DNA of 64,000 nucleotides from a virus. The position numbers were made by a program, and so were the translations under genes. The notes beneath the pieces are model-generated. The model was given only the letters and a program-made list of their open reading frames with translations, was not told the DNA's origin and ran no database searches. The stretch lies in IMG/VR virus record IMGVR_UViG_3300030508_000019. One strand, written 5' to 3'. Below, in pieces: positions 48,451 through 56,375 of the stretch (its first letter is position 1; each line of letters begins with the position of its first letter).

Positions 48451-48531
48451 GGTGGTGTTGGTAACTCTGGGGATGTTACAGCAGTCTGTGAAACTGTCTT
48501 CTGGCGGGTTCGACCCCCGCACACCACCCCA
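48451..48531 (+). tRNA. tRNA-His (GUG) with encoded G-1
   Basis: G(-1)+GTGGTGT/ACACCAC with C73 and CCA. Anticodon stem GCAGT/ACTGT with loop CTGTGAA. T-arm GCGGG-TTCGACC-CCCGC. Confidence 0.75.
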
Positions 48532-48632
48532 AGATTAACACGGAGATATGGGGGCTTGCCCAGCGTGCGACGGAGACAATACGATTCGCTACTTCGTAGC
48601 TGAGTCTAATTGCGCACATCAAGCCCCCATCG

Positions 48633-48830
48633 TTGGGTATAATGGTAAGTGATGAAGAATTTATGGATGCTTTAAAGGGACTGAATATGAAGGTGCCCGA
48701 TATCGCAGAAAAATTTTCGGTGAGTAACAACACGATCGCGCGTTGGATGGTAGGAGAAAATCTACCGTACAACGCAGTACGAGAATCGATTTTAAAGAGT
48801 TTGGTGCCTACGGTGCAAAATGATAACTGA
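48633..48830 (+). CDS. small HTH DNA-binding protein
   Basis: A paralog of the next ORF. KFSVSNNTIARW is a helix-turn-helix. Confidence 0.45.
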   Translation: MGIMVSDEEFMDALKGLNMKVPDIAEKFSVSNNTIARWMVGENLPYNAVRESILKSLVPTVQNDN

Positions 48831-49008
48831 TGAAGAATTTATAGCCTGTATCCGAGCTTCAAAACTCACCATCAGTGAATTGGCTAACGCTGTGAGTGTT
48901 AGTCAGCCGACGATAAGGCGTTGGAGATCAGGTATGAACCTCCCGCATCAAGCAGTACGCGAGTCGATTTTAAAGTTTTTGAAAGCAGCTCTATCGGCAA
49001 TTGGATAG
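48820..49008 (+). CDS. small HTH DNA-binding protein (tandem paralog)
   Basis: ISELANAVSVSQPTIRRW…HQAVRESILKFL, similar to the preceding ORF. The 3' end overlaps the next tRNA. Confidence 0.4.
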   Translation: MITDEEFIACIRASKLTISELANAVSVSQPTIRRWRSGMNLPHQAVRESILKFLKAALSAIG

Positions 49009-49064
49009 TCATCCTCCCTCCGAAGGAGGTTTAAGTGTGGGTTCGAGTCCCACTGGAGCTACCA
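48987..49064 (+). tRNA. tRNA-Arg (CCG)
   Basis: Acceptor AGCTCTA/TGGAGCT-A-CCA. Anticodon stem CCTCC/GGAGG with loop CTCCGAA. T-arm GTGGG-TTCGAGT-CCCAC. D-arm has a 3-bp stem. Confidence 0.6.
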
Positions 49065-49116
49065 AGTTACGGGGAGAGATTGTAGACAAGCACAGGGTCA
49101 CCAGATTTTAGATTTC

Positions 49117-49192
49117 GCTCGTGTAGCTTAACTGGATAAAGCGCAGCCCTGCGAAGGCTGATTTTACGGTTCGAGTCCGTTCACGAGCACCA
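49117..49192 (+). tRNA. tRNA-Arg (GCG)
   Basis: GCTCGTG-TA-GCTT-AACTGGATA-AAGC-G-CAGCC-CTGCGAA-GGCTG-…-CACGAGC-A-CCA. Clean cloverleaf. Confidence 0.75.
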
Positions 49193-49197
49193 GATTT

Positions 49198-49274
49198 GGT
49201 TCCATCGGCAACTGGAGAGTCAACTGCGTTACGAACGCGGATCAGTGTAGGTTCGAATCCTACTGGGACTACCA
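49198..49274 (+). tRNA. tRNA-Arg (ACG)
   Basis: Acceptor GGTTCCA/TGGGACT-A-CCA. Anticodon stem CTGCG/CGCGG with loop TTACGAA. T-arm GTAGG-TTCGAAT-CCTAC. Confidence 0.6.
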
Positions 49275-49394
49275 AGTTTAACTACGAACTTTGTTTGACT
49301 TTCGTATTAAGTAGTGCTGTGCCAATTGTCATCGGAAAAGAACGGCGTCCCAACGCAATTGGTACTGGCTTGAATTTTTGGAAAAGTTTAACAC

Positions 49395-49471
49395 GCCTCC
49401 ATCGGCAACTGGATAGTCAACATCGCTTCGAACGATGATTAGTGTAAGATCGTACCTTACTGGGGGCACCA
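49395..49471 (+). tRNA. tRNA-Arg (UCG)
   Basis: Acceptor GCCTCCA/TGGGGGC-A-CCA. Anticodon stem CATCG/CGATG with loop CTTCGAA. T-loop ATCGTAC (atypical). Confidence 0.55.
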
Positions 49472-49476
49472 AGTTT

Positions 49477-49704
49477 ATGAAGATTAATTTTCGAGGACAA
49501 ATGGTCGAAGATAGGTCTGGTATAGACGAAGATAAACAGTATCGTTGTACCGATTGTGGGAAGGTGACATTTGGTAAAGATTTATCTTTAGTTTCTTACC
49601 AAACTTCAATGGAAGTAAGGGGAGAACTTGTTCCTACAGGAGAAATGGTAATTAACACTCGTCTGTGTCCCGAAGATAGAGGACATGTAGTAGAAGAGAT
49701 TTGA
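49477..49704 (+). CDS. small zinc-ribbon protein
   Basis: Start trimmed to lie after the tRNA. YRCTDCGK…C. Confidence 0.3.
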   Translation: MKINFRGQMVEDRSGIDEDKQYRCTDCGKVTFGKDLSLVSYQTSMEVRGELVPTGEMVINTRLCPEDRGHVVEEI

Positions 49705-49708
49705 TTTT

Positions 49709-49795
49709 TGTGGAGTAAACCGTAATTGGCAGCGGGCTGCACTGTTAATGCAGTGTCGTAAGACTCTGGGGGTTCGAGACCCTCCTCCACAGCCA
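49709..49795 (+). tRNA. tRNA-like gene, type II architecture with anticodon loop CUGUUAA (GUU)
   Basis: Acceptor TGTGGAG/CTCCACA-G-CCA. Anticodon stem CTGCA/TGCAG. Variable-arm hairpin GTC-GTAA-GAC. T-arm GGGGG-TTCGAGA-CCCTC. Confidence 0.45.
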
Positions 49796-49903
49796 AATTT
49801 TAGCGCTCCGGTAGAACAGGTGGGTCTTCAACTCCCTTAGCTAGTTCATCGGTAAACACTCTTCGGGGTTGAAGCCGGGAGTAGCAGCGCTAAAAATTTT
49901 TAT

Positions 49904-49992
49904 TGGGACGTAGGAAAACCGGCAACCCCACTGGGTTCTGACCCCAGCGACCAATTTGGTCACTGCATGTTCAAATCATGCCGTCCCAGCCA
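49904..49992 (+). tRNA. tRNA-like gene, type II architecture with anticodon loop UUCUGAC (CUG)
   Basis: Acceptor TGGGACG/CGTCCCA-G-CCA. Anticodon stem CTGGG/CCCAG. Variable hairpin GACCAA-T-TTGGTC. T-arm GCATG-TTCAAAT-CATGC. Confidence 0.45.
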
Positions 49993-50013
49993 AAAATGAT
50001 ATTTAACGATTAT

Positions 50014-50088
50014 TCCTGCGTAGCTCAGGGGCAGAGCGAACGGCTGTTAACCGTTTGGTCGGTGGTTCGAATCCATCCGCAGGAGCCA
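50014..50088 (+). tRNA. tRNA-Asn (GUU)
   Basis: TCCTGCG-TA-GCTC-AGGGGCA-GAGC-G-AACGG-CTGTTAA-CCGTT-…-GGTGG-TTCGAAT-CCATC-CGCAGGA-G-CCA. Confidence 0.85.
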
Positions 50089-50166
50089 AATTTGGGTCAG
50101 GAGGTCGGCGGTCTCGTACCCGATCTTCCCGTATACTGTACGCCTTCGGGCTACAGGCAGATGACG

Positions 50167-50200
50167 GGTGTAGCTCAGTAGTAGAGCACCTGATCTAATT
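50167..50200 (+). pseudogene. tRNA 5' fragment (acceptor plus D-arm only)
   Basis: GGGTGTAGCTCAGTAGTAGAGCAC, then no anticodon or T arm. A 10-bp inverted repeat follows (TTGAGCGAGT…ACTCGCTCAA). Confidence 0.3.
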
Positions 50201-50291
50201 TACTTTGAGCGAGTTACGTGGAAGGCAACTTTGTTCATGGAGGGCAACGACCAAAGCGACTCGCTCAATAAGTTTTGAAGTTTGAAGTCAT

Positions 50292-50363
50292 GATACACGT
50301 AGCTCAATTGGTAGAGCAGCGCCATTAACGGCGCTGATGTGGGTTCGATCCCCACCGTGAGGA
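50292..50363 (+). tRNA. tRNA-like gene with non-canonical anticodon loop (GCGCC-ATTAAC-GGCGC; 6- or 8-nt loop containing UUAA)
   Basis: D-arm GCTC-AATTGGTA-GAGC and T-arm GTGGG-TTCGATC-CCCAC are canonical. Acceptor pairing is poor. No CCA. Confidence 0.35.
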
Positions 50364-50443
50364 AGGCTTCTTGGGAGAAGATAGACACTTGATCAGTGGA
50401 CCGTTTCGTGAAATCCTTCAATCCCACCGGTTTTAGAAAGTTT

Positions 50444-50519
50444 GCGTTGGTAGCTCAATTGGCGGAGCACTCGACTCTTAATCGATAGGCTGTGGGATCG
50501 TTGCCCACCCAGCGCACCA
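50444..50519 (+). tRNA. tRNA (anticodon loop CUCUUAA, CUU-Lys by my fold)
   Basis: Acceptor GCGTTGG/CCAGCGC-A-CCA. D-arm GCTC-AATTGGCG-GAGC. T-loop ATCGTTG (atypical). Confidence 0.55.
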
Positions 50520-50694
50520 AGATTTAGGAATTGATTATAAGCCAGTAAGCGTGTATTATTATGATTGACCCAAATCATCTCTACACTTTGCATCAGACAT
50601 ACACAGGAACTGATTGTGCTTTGTGCGGGAAGCCAGCGACAGAGCATCCATTAGAGTATTGGATGATTAACGGTAAACAACAAGAATTAGTTAG

Positions 50695-50770
50695 AATTCA
50701 TATTGGGGAATGAGCTAGTAGGGTTATAGCGTTCCGCTGAAGACGGAAAGAATCCAGTTCAACTCTGGGA
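50695..50770 (+). tRNA. tRNA-Phe (GAA)
   Basis: Acceptor GGGGAAT/ATTCCCC-A-CCA. D-arm GCTA-GTAGGGTTA-TAGC. Anticodon stem TTCCG/CGGAA with loop CTGAAGA. Confidence 0.75.
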
Positions 50771-50877
50771 TTCCCCACCAAATTTAAAAAGGAGAAGTAA
50801 AATGAACTACATGAATTTAAAACAGGAGGTACAAAATATGCATACTCATTAAGATACTGCAAAGGAGCGGTAGAACT

Positions 50878-51693
50878 ATGCGCCCAGACATGGCCAAACT
50901 CCTCACTGAAGCTGAGAGGTACGGTTCAAAAAACCGATCTCAGAAGTGGGGTAAGCGGTTCAAATATAACCCTGATTCGGACTACGATGATCAACCATAT
51001 CGTGCTTCGATGTCCCGACATCGGCAAGATGACTGCGGGAAAAACCTTAGCGATGTACTCAACCCATTAAAGGGTTATCTCCACAAAAGCGTGGGACGCC
51101 ATTGGGATGATGTCTACAGTGAAATTTGTCAAAACCTTGATCGTCGTAGTGTAACTGGATTACATGTATTCACTCATCTTTGGCAATTCGTAGCCAAAAA
51201 TACTGTGATGTGCATTGACGGAAAGGTACGAGAATGGGCCGGTGGTGGCGGCTATTTGACTGAGCCCTATAATTATTATATCCACCCATATACCGGGATT
51301 TTGTGCGACAGTGGGTACAGCGGATGGCGCGAATGGCGGCGCAGCAATCGCACCAGGAAAGAAAAGCCCGTCACCGAGATTCGACTTTCGGACATCGGGC
51401 GTTACGAGAAGTTCGACGGCATCTGGTACTACTGCGAGAACTACGCTATCAAGCACGAGGGCAAGACGCTGATTCGTCCGGGCTATTTCCGGGTCAATGA
51501 CGCCATCAAGATCGATGGCGAAGTCAACGAGGAAGGCGAGCCCTTGGTTTTTTACTTAATCAAATGGACTGAGCACATCAGCACGAAACGCCAGCTTAAC
51601 CGGAAAGAACTGAAAAAAGCAGGATTGAAAAATGACCCTCCGAATCCTAAAGCTTTCAGCAGACGGGAACGAAAGGCTTTGGAGAGAAAGTAA
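50878..51693 (+). CDS. hypothetical protein
   Basis: 271-aa ORF. SD 'aaggagcggtagaactATG'. Confidence 0.4.
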   Translation: MRPDMAKLLTEAERYGSKNRSQKWGKRFKYNPDSDYDDQPYRASMSRHRQDDCGKNLSDVLNPLKGYLHKSVGRHWDDVYSEICQNLDRRSVTGLHVFTHLWQFVAKNTVMCIDGKVREWAGGGGYLTEPYNYYIHPYTGILCDSGYSGWREWRRSNRTRKEKPVTEIRLSDIGRYEKFDGIWYYCENYAIKHEGKTLIRPGYFRVNDAIKIDGEVNEEGEPLVFYLIKWTEHISTKRQLNRKELKKAGLKNDPPNPKAFSRRERKALERK

Positions 51694-51762
51694 GTATTAG
51701 GGGGTATGAGCAGAATGCAAAATGTTTTAGGCTTTTAGACTCCTTAGAAAGGAAGGTAAATT

Positions 51763-52308
51763 ATGGCAGACACTTTAATTCTTGACCAAAACTGGCAACC
51801 ACAGTCTTTTTGTAACTGGCAGAACGCTGTGAAATTGATATATGAAGGGCGTGCTCAAGTTATCAAAGAAGACGAGGGTGGGCGCATTTTACGGTCTCCT
51901 TCTCTGGAATGGAAGATGCCAAGGGTTATTGTTGTCAAAAACGCTTGGGTTCGTAGGAAGCGTTTGTCCGTTCCTTTCTCCAGACGCAACATCGCGGTTA
52001 GGGATAATAGCGGGTGTCAGTACTGCGGTAGGGTATTGAAGACTCAGGAATATACTCTTGACCACGTAATGCCTCGTTCTCAAGGTGGTGTATCTTCATG
52101 GACCAATTTGGTGCTCGCCTGTGTGCGCTGCAACAAGCGTAAGGCCGGTCAGACACCTAAGGAAGCTGGCATGCACTTACTTAAGCAGCCCGTGGAGCCG
52201 AAGAAGGACGATCCGAAGTACAACTTCAAGCTTCACATTAACAAGCTACGGCCAGAATGGAAAGAGTGGGAAACCTGGCTATATTGGAATGTGGAACTAG
52301 AAGCGTAG
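51763..52308 (+). CDS. HNH endonuclease
   Basis: CQYCGR…LDHVMPRSQGG…NLVLACVRCNKRK. Confidence 0.7.
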   Translation: MADTLILDQNWQPQSFCNWQNAVKLIYEGRAQVIKEDEGGRILRSPSLEWKMPRVIVVKNAWVRRKRLSVPFSRRNIAVRDNSGCQYCGRVLKTQEYTLDHVMPRSQGGVSSWTNLVLACVRCNKRKAGQTPKEAGMHLLKQPVEPKKDDPKYNFKLHINKLRPEWKEWETWLYWNVELEA

Positions 52309-52406
52309 AAGCTTTGACACGATCCTTTACGTGTCACATCTGGTCCCGGATGTGCTGACCCAGCTTAAAGGGTAGGGACTACCAATTTATGAACGGAAGT
52401 TGAGCC

Positions 52407-52483
52407 ATCCTCGTACCGGCCTCGTTTCCTAAACGAGTAACCGTAAAGGAGCAATGTGGGTTCGAGTCCCACCGAGGATACCA
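52407..52483 (+). tRNA. tRNA-like gene (candidate Arg-CCU; internal fold ambiguous)
   Basis: 77 nt. Perfect acceptor ATCCTCG/CGAGGAT-A-CCA. T-arm GTGGG-TTCGAGT-CCCAC. Helix CTCGT-TTCCTAA-ACGAG. Confidence 0.4.
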
Positions 52484-52769
52484 GGTTTTTATGTACATCA
52501 AATGCAGCATATTCGATGTGGATTTGGATCATGTATTTGATGAGCTGCTTTTGCAGTTGACAGAAATAACACTTCCTGATACACTGGAACTTGATGATCG
52601 AAAGATAGATAATCAAGAAGATTATAAACTACGAGAGTATTTATTGAAGGCTACAAAATAAGCATTGAAGGTCTTGCGAAAACCAAGCTGGCTAAATCAA
52701 TGCTGGATGTTGCATTCGGGAAATAAGAATTAAGAATTCTCGACGCCTTGGGATACATGGAGTCGTTAA

Positions 52770-52880
52770 ACGACTGCGGACAGTGTGTAAGTCTGGCGAA
52801 AGCCAGCAGCGCTGGTTGAAACAGTTAAGGGCGGCGTTAGCCGCCTAGAATCTCCCGCCTTTAGGCGTGGGAGTATCAAT
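52770..52880 (+). ncRNA. candidate structured RNA (three consecutive hairpins including a GNRA tetraloop)
   Basis: CTGGC-GAAA-GCCAG. GGCGGC-GTTA-GCCGCC. CTCCCGCC-TTTA-GGCGtGGGAG. Lies in a roughly 450-nt ORF-free stretch between tRNAs. Confidence 0.3.
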
Positions 52881-52963
52881 ATGATGGTAATTCTTAACAA
52901 CACGCTCACCACGCTTCACCTCAGACCTAAACGCTAAATTTCCGCGTTCAAAAATCTCTAAAT

Positions 52964-53038
52964 GCCTCTATCGTCCAACTGGAAGGGCACCGGCCTTCTA
53001 AGCCGTGGATCCGGGTTCAAGTCCTGGTGGAGGTACCA
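52964..53038 (+). tRNA. tRNA-Arg (UCU)
   Basis: Acceptor GCCTCTA/TGGAGGT-A-CCA. Anticodon stem CGGC/GCCG with loop CTTCTAA. T-arm CCGGG-TTCAAGT-CCTGG. Confidence 0.7.
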
Positions 53039-53048
53039 AAAATTTTAA

Positions 53049-53124
53049 TGCCCCCGTAGCTCAGTTGGTAGAGCCACCGCCTTTTAAGCGGAGGGTCGCT
53101 GGATCGTTCCCGGCCGGGGGTACC
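53049..53124 (+). tRNA. tRNA-Lys (UUU)
   Basis: Acceptor GCCCCCG/CGGGGGT-A-CCA. D-arm GCTC-AGTTGGTA-GAGC. Anticodon loop CTTTTAA. Confidence 0.7.
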
Positions 53125-53130
53125 AAACTT

Positions 53131-53207
53131 TGGGTGTATCGTCTAATGGCTAAGACCCCGATCTTTTAAATCGGCCGATTTCGGTTCGAGTCCGAATGCA
53201 CCCACCA
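53131..53207 (+). tRNA. tRNA-Lys (UUU), second copy with a different body
   Basis: Acceptor GGGTGTA/TGCACCC-A-CCA. D-arm GTCT-AATGGCTA-AGAC. Anticodon stem CCGAT/ATCGG with loop CTTTTAA. T-arm TTCGG-TTCGAGT-CCGAA. Confidence 0.7.
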
Positions 53208-53293
53208 AATATTCTACTTGACAAATTCCCTTAAAACCTCTTAAAGTAAAAATAGGTAACCGAAACCTCGTCAGACCAACCGGAGATGTTTTA

Positions 53294-53647
53294 ATGCCCA
53301 AATACGATTACTACAAGGTGCTCGAATCGCTCGAACAGGAATTGCGCGTACTTCCAGCCGAGGTTCAGGCGCTCGCTTACGAGTTCAAAGAATTGATTGT
53401 CAAACACTACGCGGCGCTGACTCCGCAGTACAAAAAGAAGTTATCAATCCGTTTTCCGTTCAAAGCGGGCAAGAGTCGCTTTGGTGGTGACAACATCAAC
53501 GTTAAGTACACCATCGAAGTATGTTCGAGAACCGAGCCCTGTCTCGATCAACCTCTTAAGATCCAGACTCTTAAGATTTATGTTAAGAGTCGCTTCGTTG
53601 AGAAGGATCAGTGGGAACCAATCAACTTGCCTTGGGATAAGGCGTGA
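53294..53647 (+). CDS. hypothetical protein
   Basis: 117-aa ORF. Confidence 0.35.
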   Translation: MPKYDYYKVLESLEQELRVLPAEVQALAYEFKELIVKHYAALTPQYKKKLSIRFPFKAGKSRFGGDNINVKYTIEVCSRTEPCLDQPLKIQTLKIYVKSRFVEKDQWEPINLPWDKA

Positions 53648-53805
53648 AGTGCGGAACCACAGTATTAGTACAGCACCAAAATACGACACTATCATAGAAC
53701 CTTTCCTTCCCCTGAAAATAATTATCGATAATCTATTGATTTTTTTCTCTACGTAGTGCATCATATGCAGTATTAAGAATTTGCGCAACTGCGCTACAAA
53801 GGCTA

Positions 53806-55122
53806 ATGATGAAAAAAGAAATGACCCTTTTGGGTCTAGTCGCCGCTACGTATTTTATGGTAAGCGGAGGCCCGTACGGTCTAGAAGACCTAATTGCTCA
53901 AACTGGTTACGGATGGGGAATACTCATTCTTTGCTTAGTGCCCTTCCTGTGGGCACTGCCAACCGCTATGATGGTTGGTGAACTCGCCTCTGCGATACCG
54001 AATCGCGGGGGTTTTTATATTTGGGTGCAACGTGCCCTTGGAAAATTTTGGGGATTCCAGGAAGCTTGGCTTTCATTAGCGGCTTCCATATTTGATATGG
54101 GAATCTACCCGCTACTTTTTATTTCTTACCTGGGTGTATTGGCTCCAAGTTTCACCGCAGGGTGGCACGGCTCGCTTATAGCAACGGCTCTAATCGCTGT
54201 TTGCGTATTGTGGAACCTTCGGGGTGCCAAAGCTGTAGGAAACGGCTCTGTGGCGTTAGGAGCCCTTATGGTGAGCCCTTTTGTGATTATCACCCTAGCA
54301 GCTCTCCGACACGCCCATCCGACCCATGTTACGGGTCATCCTCACGCCGTCAGTCTTATGGGCGGTATTATGGTCGCTATGTGGAACTTCATGGGTTGGG
54401 ATAACGCCAGCACCATAGCCACAGAAGTCAAAAAACCTCAACGAACCTACCCCATCGCCATGATGGTGACTATGCTGTTGATTGTTGGAAGCTATATTCT
54501 CCCCGTAGCAGCGTCTTGGTATCTGGGAGTACCCCTGTCTGCCTGGTCAACAGGGAGTTGGGCGACTATTGGTGAAATCATCGCGGGTTCTTGGGTACGA
54601 GACGCCATTGTACTGGGTGGAATGATCAGTGCAGCGGGGATGTTGAACTCCCTCATGATGAGCTATTCTCGTATTCCCCCAGCGCTGGCTGAAGATCATT
54701 ATCTGCCTCGCATATTCACAAAAATAAATGCAGTGTCAGTTCCCATGATAGCTTTATTTGCCTTGGCGACAGTTTGGGCAACAGCGTTCGGTTTGAATTT
54801 TGACCGTCTGGTGATGCTGGATATTTTACTTTATGGAACGAGTCTTATTCTGGAGTTTATCGCTTTAGTGGTATTGCGTTGGAAAGAACCAGATTTGCCT
54901 CGACCTTTTCGTGTGCCTGGGGGAAAATTGGGCGCTATCTTGGTAGGAGTTTGCCCAACGATACTTCTCTTCGCGGCCGGTATTTTTGGGGATCATAACG
55001 GACTATTGCTAGGCTTAGGCATGATTCTATCCGGGGTGGGTGCTTGGTGTGGAATTCATGGATTTCGTGCCGCTAAATATGAAAAAATCGCTCCCACTTT
55101 CTCAACTACCACGATCCCCTAA
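53806..55122 (+). CDS. amino acid permease (APC superfamily)
   Basis: 438 aa with about 12 TM helices and a GGPYG-like N-terminal motif (SGGPYGLEDL). Confidence 0.65.
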   Translation: MMKKEMTLLGLVAATYFMVSGGPYGLEDLIAQTGYGWGILILCLVPFLWALPTAMMVGELASAIPNRGGFYIWVQRALGKFWGFQEAWLSLAASIFDMGIYPLLFISYLGVLAPSFTAGWHGSLIATALIAVCVLWNLRGAKAVGNGSVALGALMVSPFVIITLAALRHAHPTHVTGHPHAVSLMGGIMVAMWNFMGWDNASTIATEVKKPQRTYPIAMMVTMLLIVGSYILPVAASWYLGVPLSAWSTGSWATIGEIIAGSWVRDAIVLGGMISAAGMLNSLMMSYSRIPPALAEDHYLPRIFTKINAVSVPMIALFALATVWATAFGLNFDRLVMLDILLYGTSLILEFIALVVLRWKEPDLPRPFRVPGGKLGAILVGVCPTILLFAAGIFGDHNGLLLGLGMILSGVGAWCGIHGFRAAKYEKIAPTFSTTTIP

Positions 55123-55127
55123 TAGAG

Positions 55128-55442
55128 GTGTTTTTTATGGGATCTAATTTTTCACTCGCGGTTATTGTTAACAATCTAACCACTATTTTCGGTATTCTAG
55201 CAGGATTGCCAGTTCTAGTAATTGCATCCTGTCAAACTGCCGGAGTTGTTTTGGATTCAACTTTAACGCATGTACTTGCACTCGTTGGAGCAATCGGTTT
55301 AATTGGTCTTGGTGTTGTAGCTAAAGCATTTAATGTCCACTCTACTGTGGCGCAGACACAAGCTTCGACAGCTGTAGTCACAAATAATCCACAAGCCCCT
55401 GAAATGGTTGCTGCGGCAAACAAACAAGCAGGAGGTAAATAG
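55128..55442 (+). CDS. small membrane protein
   Basis: 104 aa, hydrophobic. Confidence 0.35.
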   Translation: MFFMGSNFSLAVIVNNLTTIFGILAGLPVLVIASCQTAGVVLDSTLTHVLALVGAIGLIGLGVVAKAFNVHSTVAQTQASTAVVTNNPQAPEMVAAANKQAGGK

Positions 55443-55457
55443 CAACTTTTTTGCTGC

Positions 55458-55964
55458 TTGGGTGTTATAATAGTGTTAAAGAGTAAGGAGACAATTATGC
55501 GTAAATCATTGTTTTGGCTGTTTTCAACCTTCCTATTTTTCACTCTCCCTGTGTATGCTCAGCATTCCACTGGCGGTTCTCATGGTGGCGGTGGGACTCA
55601 TGGTGGCTCACAGCATGGCGGTAATGTGCATGCAGGGGGTGCTGTACACCAAGGAGTGCAACAACGCTCTGCTCATTCTAGGATTTCCCGCGGGCATTTC
55701 CATAACGGAAGATTTGATCATGGTTACTTCGCGGGTCATTGGGGAGCTGGCAATCCCTTTTTCTGGGGTGAATGCCGTTGGTGGGGTCCACGATTCGGCA
55801 TAGGTAGCTGGTTCTGGTACAATGATGCCTACTTTGTGATTTTGGAGCCTATTCCATCCGACTGGTACGATGATGAAGTGTATGTAGATGAATACGATGG
55901 CGGATATGTTCTAGTAAATCCAATGTACCCCGGAGTACATTTCGGTGTTAGAGTAAGATTATAA
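55458..55964 (+). CDS. secreted Gly/His-rich protein
   Basis: Signal peptide. HGGGGTHGGSQHGG repeats. Confidence 0.4.
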   Translation: MGVIIVLKSKETIMRKSLFWLFSTFLFFTLPVYAQHSTGGSHGGGGTHGGSQHGGNVHAGGAVHQGVQQRSAHSRISRGHFHNGRFDHGYFAGHWGAGNPFFWGECRWWGPRFGIGSWFWYNDAYFVILEPIPSDWYDDEVYVDEYDGGYVLVNPMYPGVHFGVRVRL

Positions 55965-55997
55965 CTCTAATTTAACAAACTTTTGCGTATTTATTTG

Positions 55998-56025
55998 AGG
56001 GGCTATATCTTAGCCCCTTTATTTT
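55998..56025 (+). terminator. rho-independent terminator
   Basis: AGGGGCT-atatctt-AGCCCCT followed by TTATTTT. Confidence 0.7.
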
Positions 56026-56375
56026 ATGCTTACTGAAGAAATTCGAGTTTTCAATTCCGATATTCAAACTTACTATTATCTTCACATTCGTAAAGATAGA
56101 GTACAGGCTTTTTATAGCCTTATAGCACAAGAACGACACCCAGCACGGGTTTCCTCCATGCCAGGGTTAAGCTGGGCTGCTATCTCTGGTTTGGATGCTA
56201 TTTTTGAACGCCGACCTTTAAAATTTCCCGTCTACGATATCTTACATTGGTTTTGTGATAACGCCCTTACTTACGCCCCACAATTTGATCCTCCACTTAC
56301 CCAAGCGGAAATAGAACATGCTTTAGAGCGATTCGCAACTCTATATCCCCCTGATGTTTTAACTGAGAATAGAGT

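Noticed and set aside
49196-49438. 80-aa ORF in the six-frame track
   Set aside because: It lies entirely across tRNA-Arg(ACG) and the spacer to tRNA-Arg(UCG), so it is spurious. The same applies to the minus-strand ORFs at 14353, 38383, 49596 and 52365 over tRNAs.
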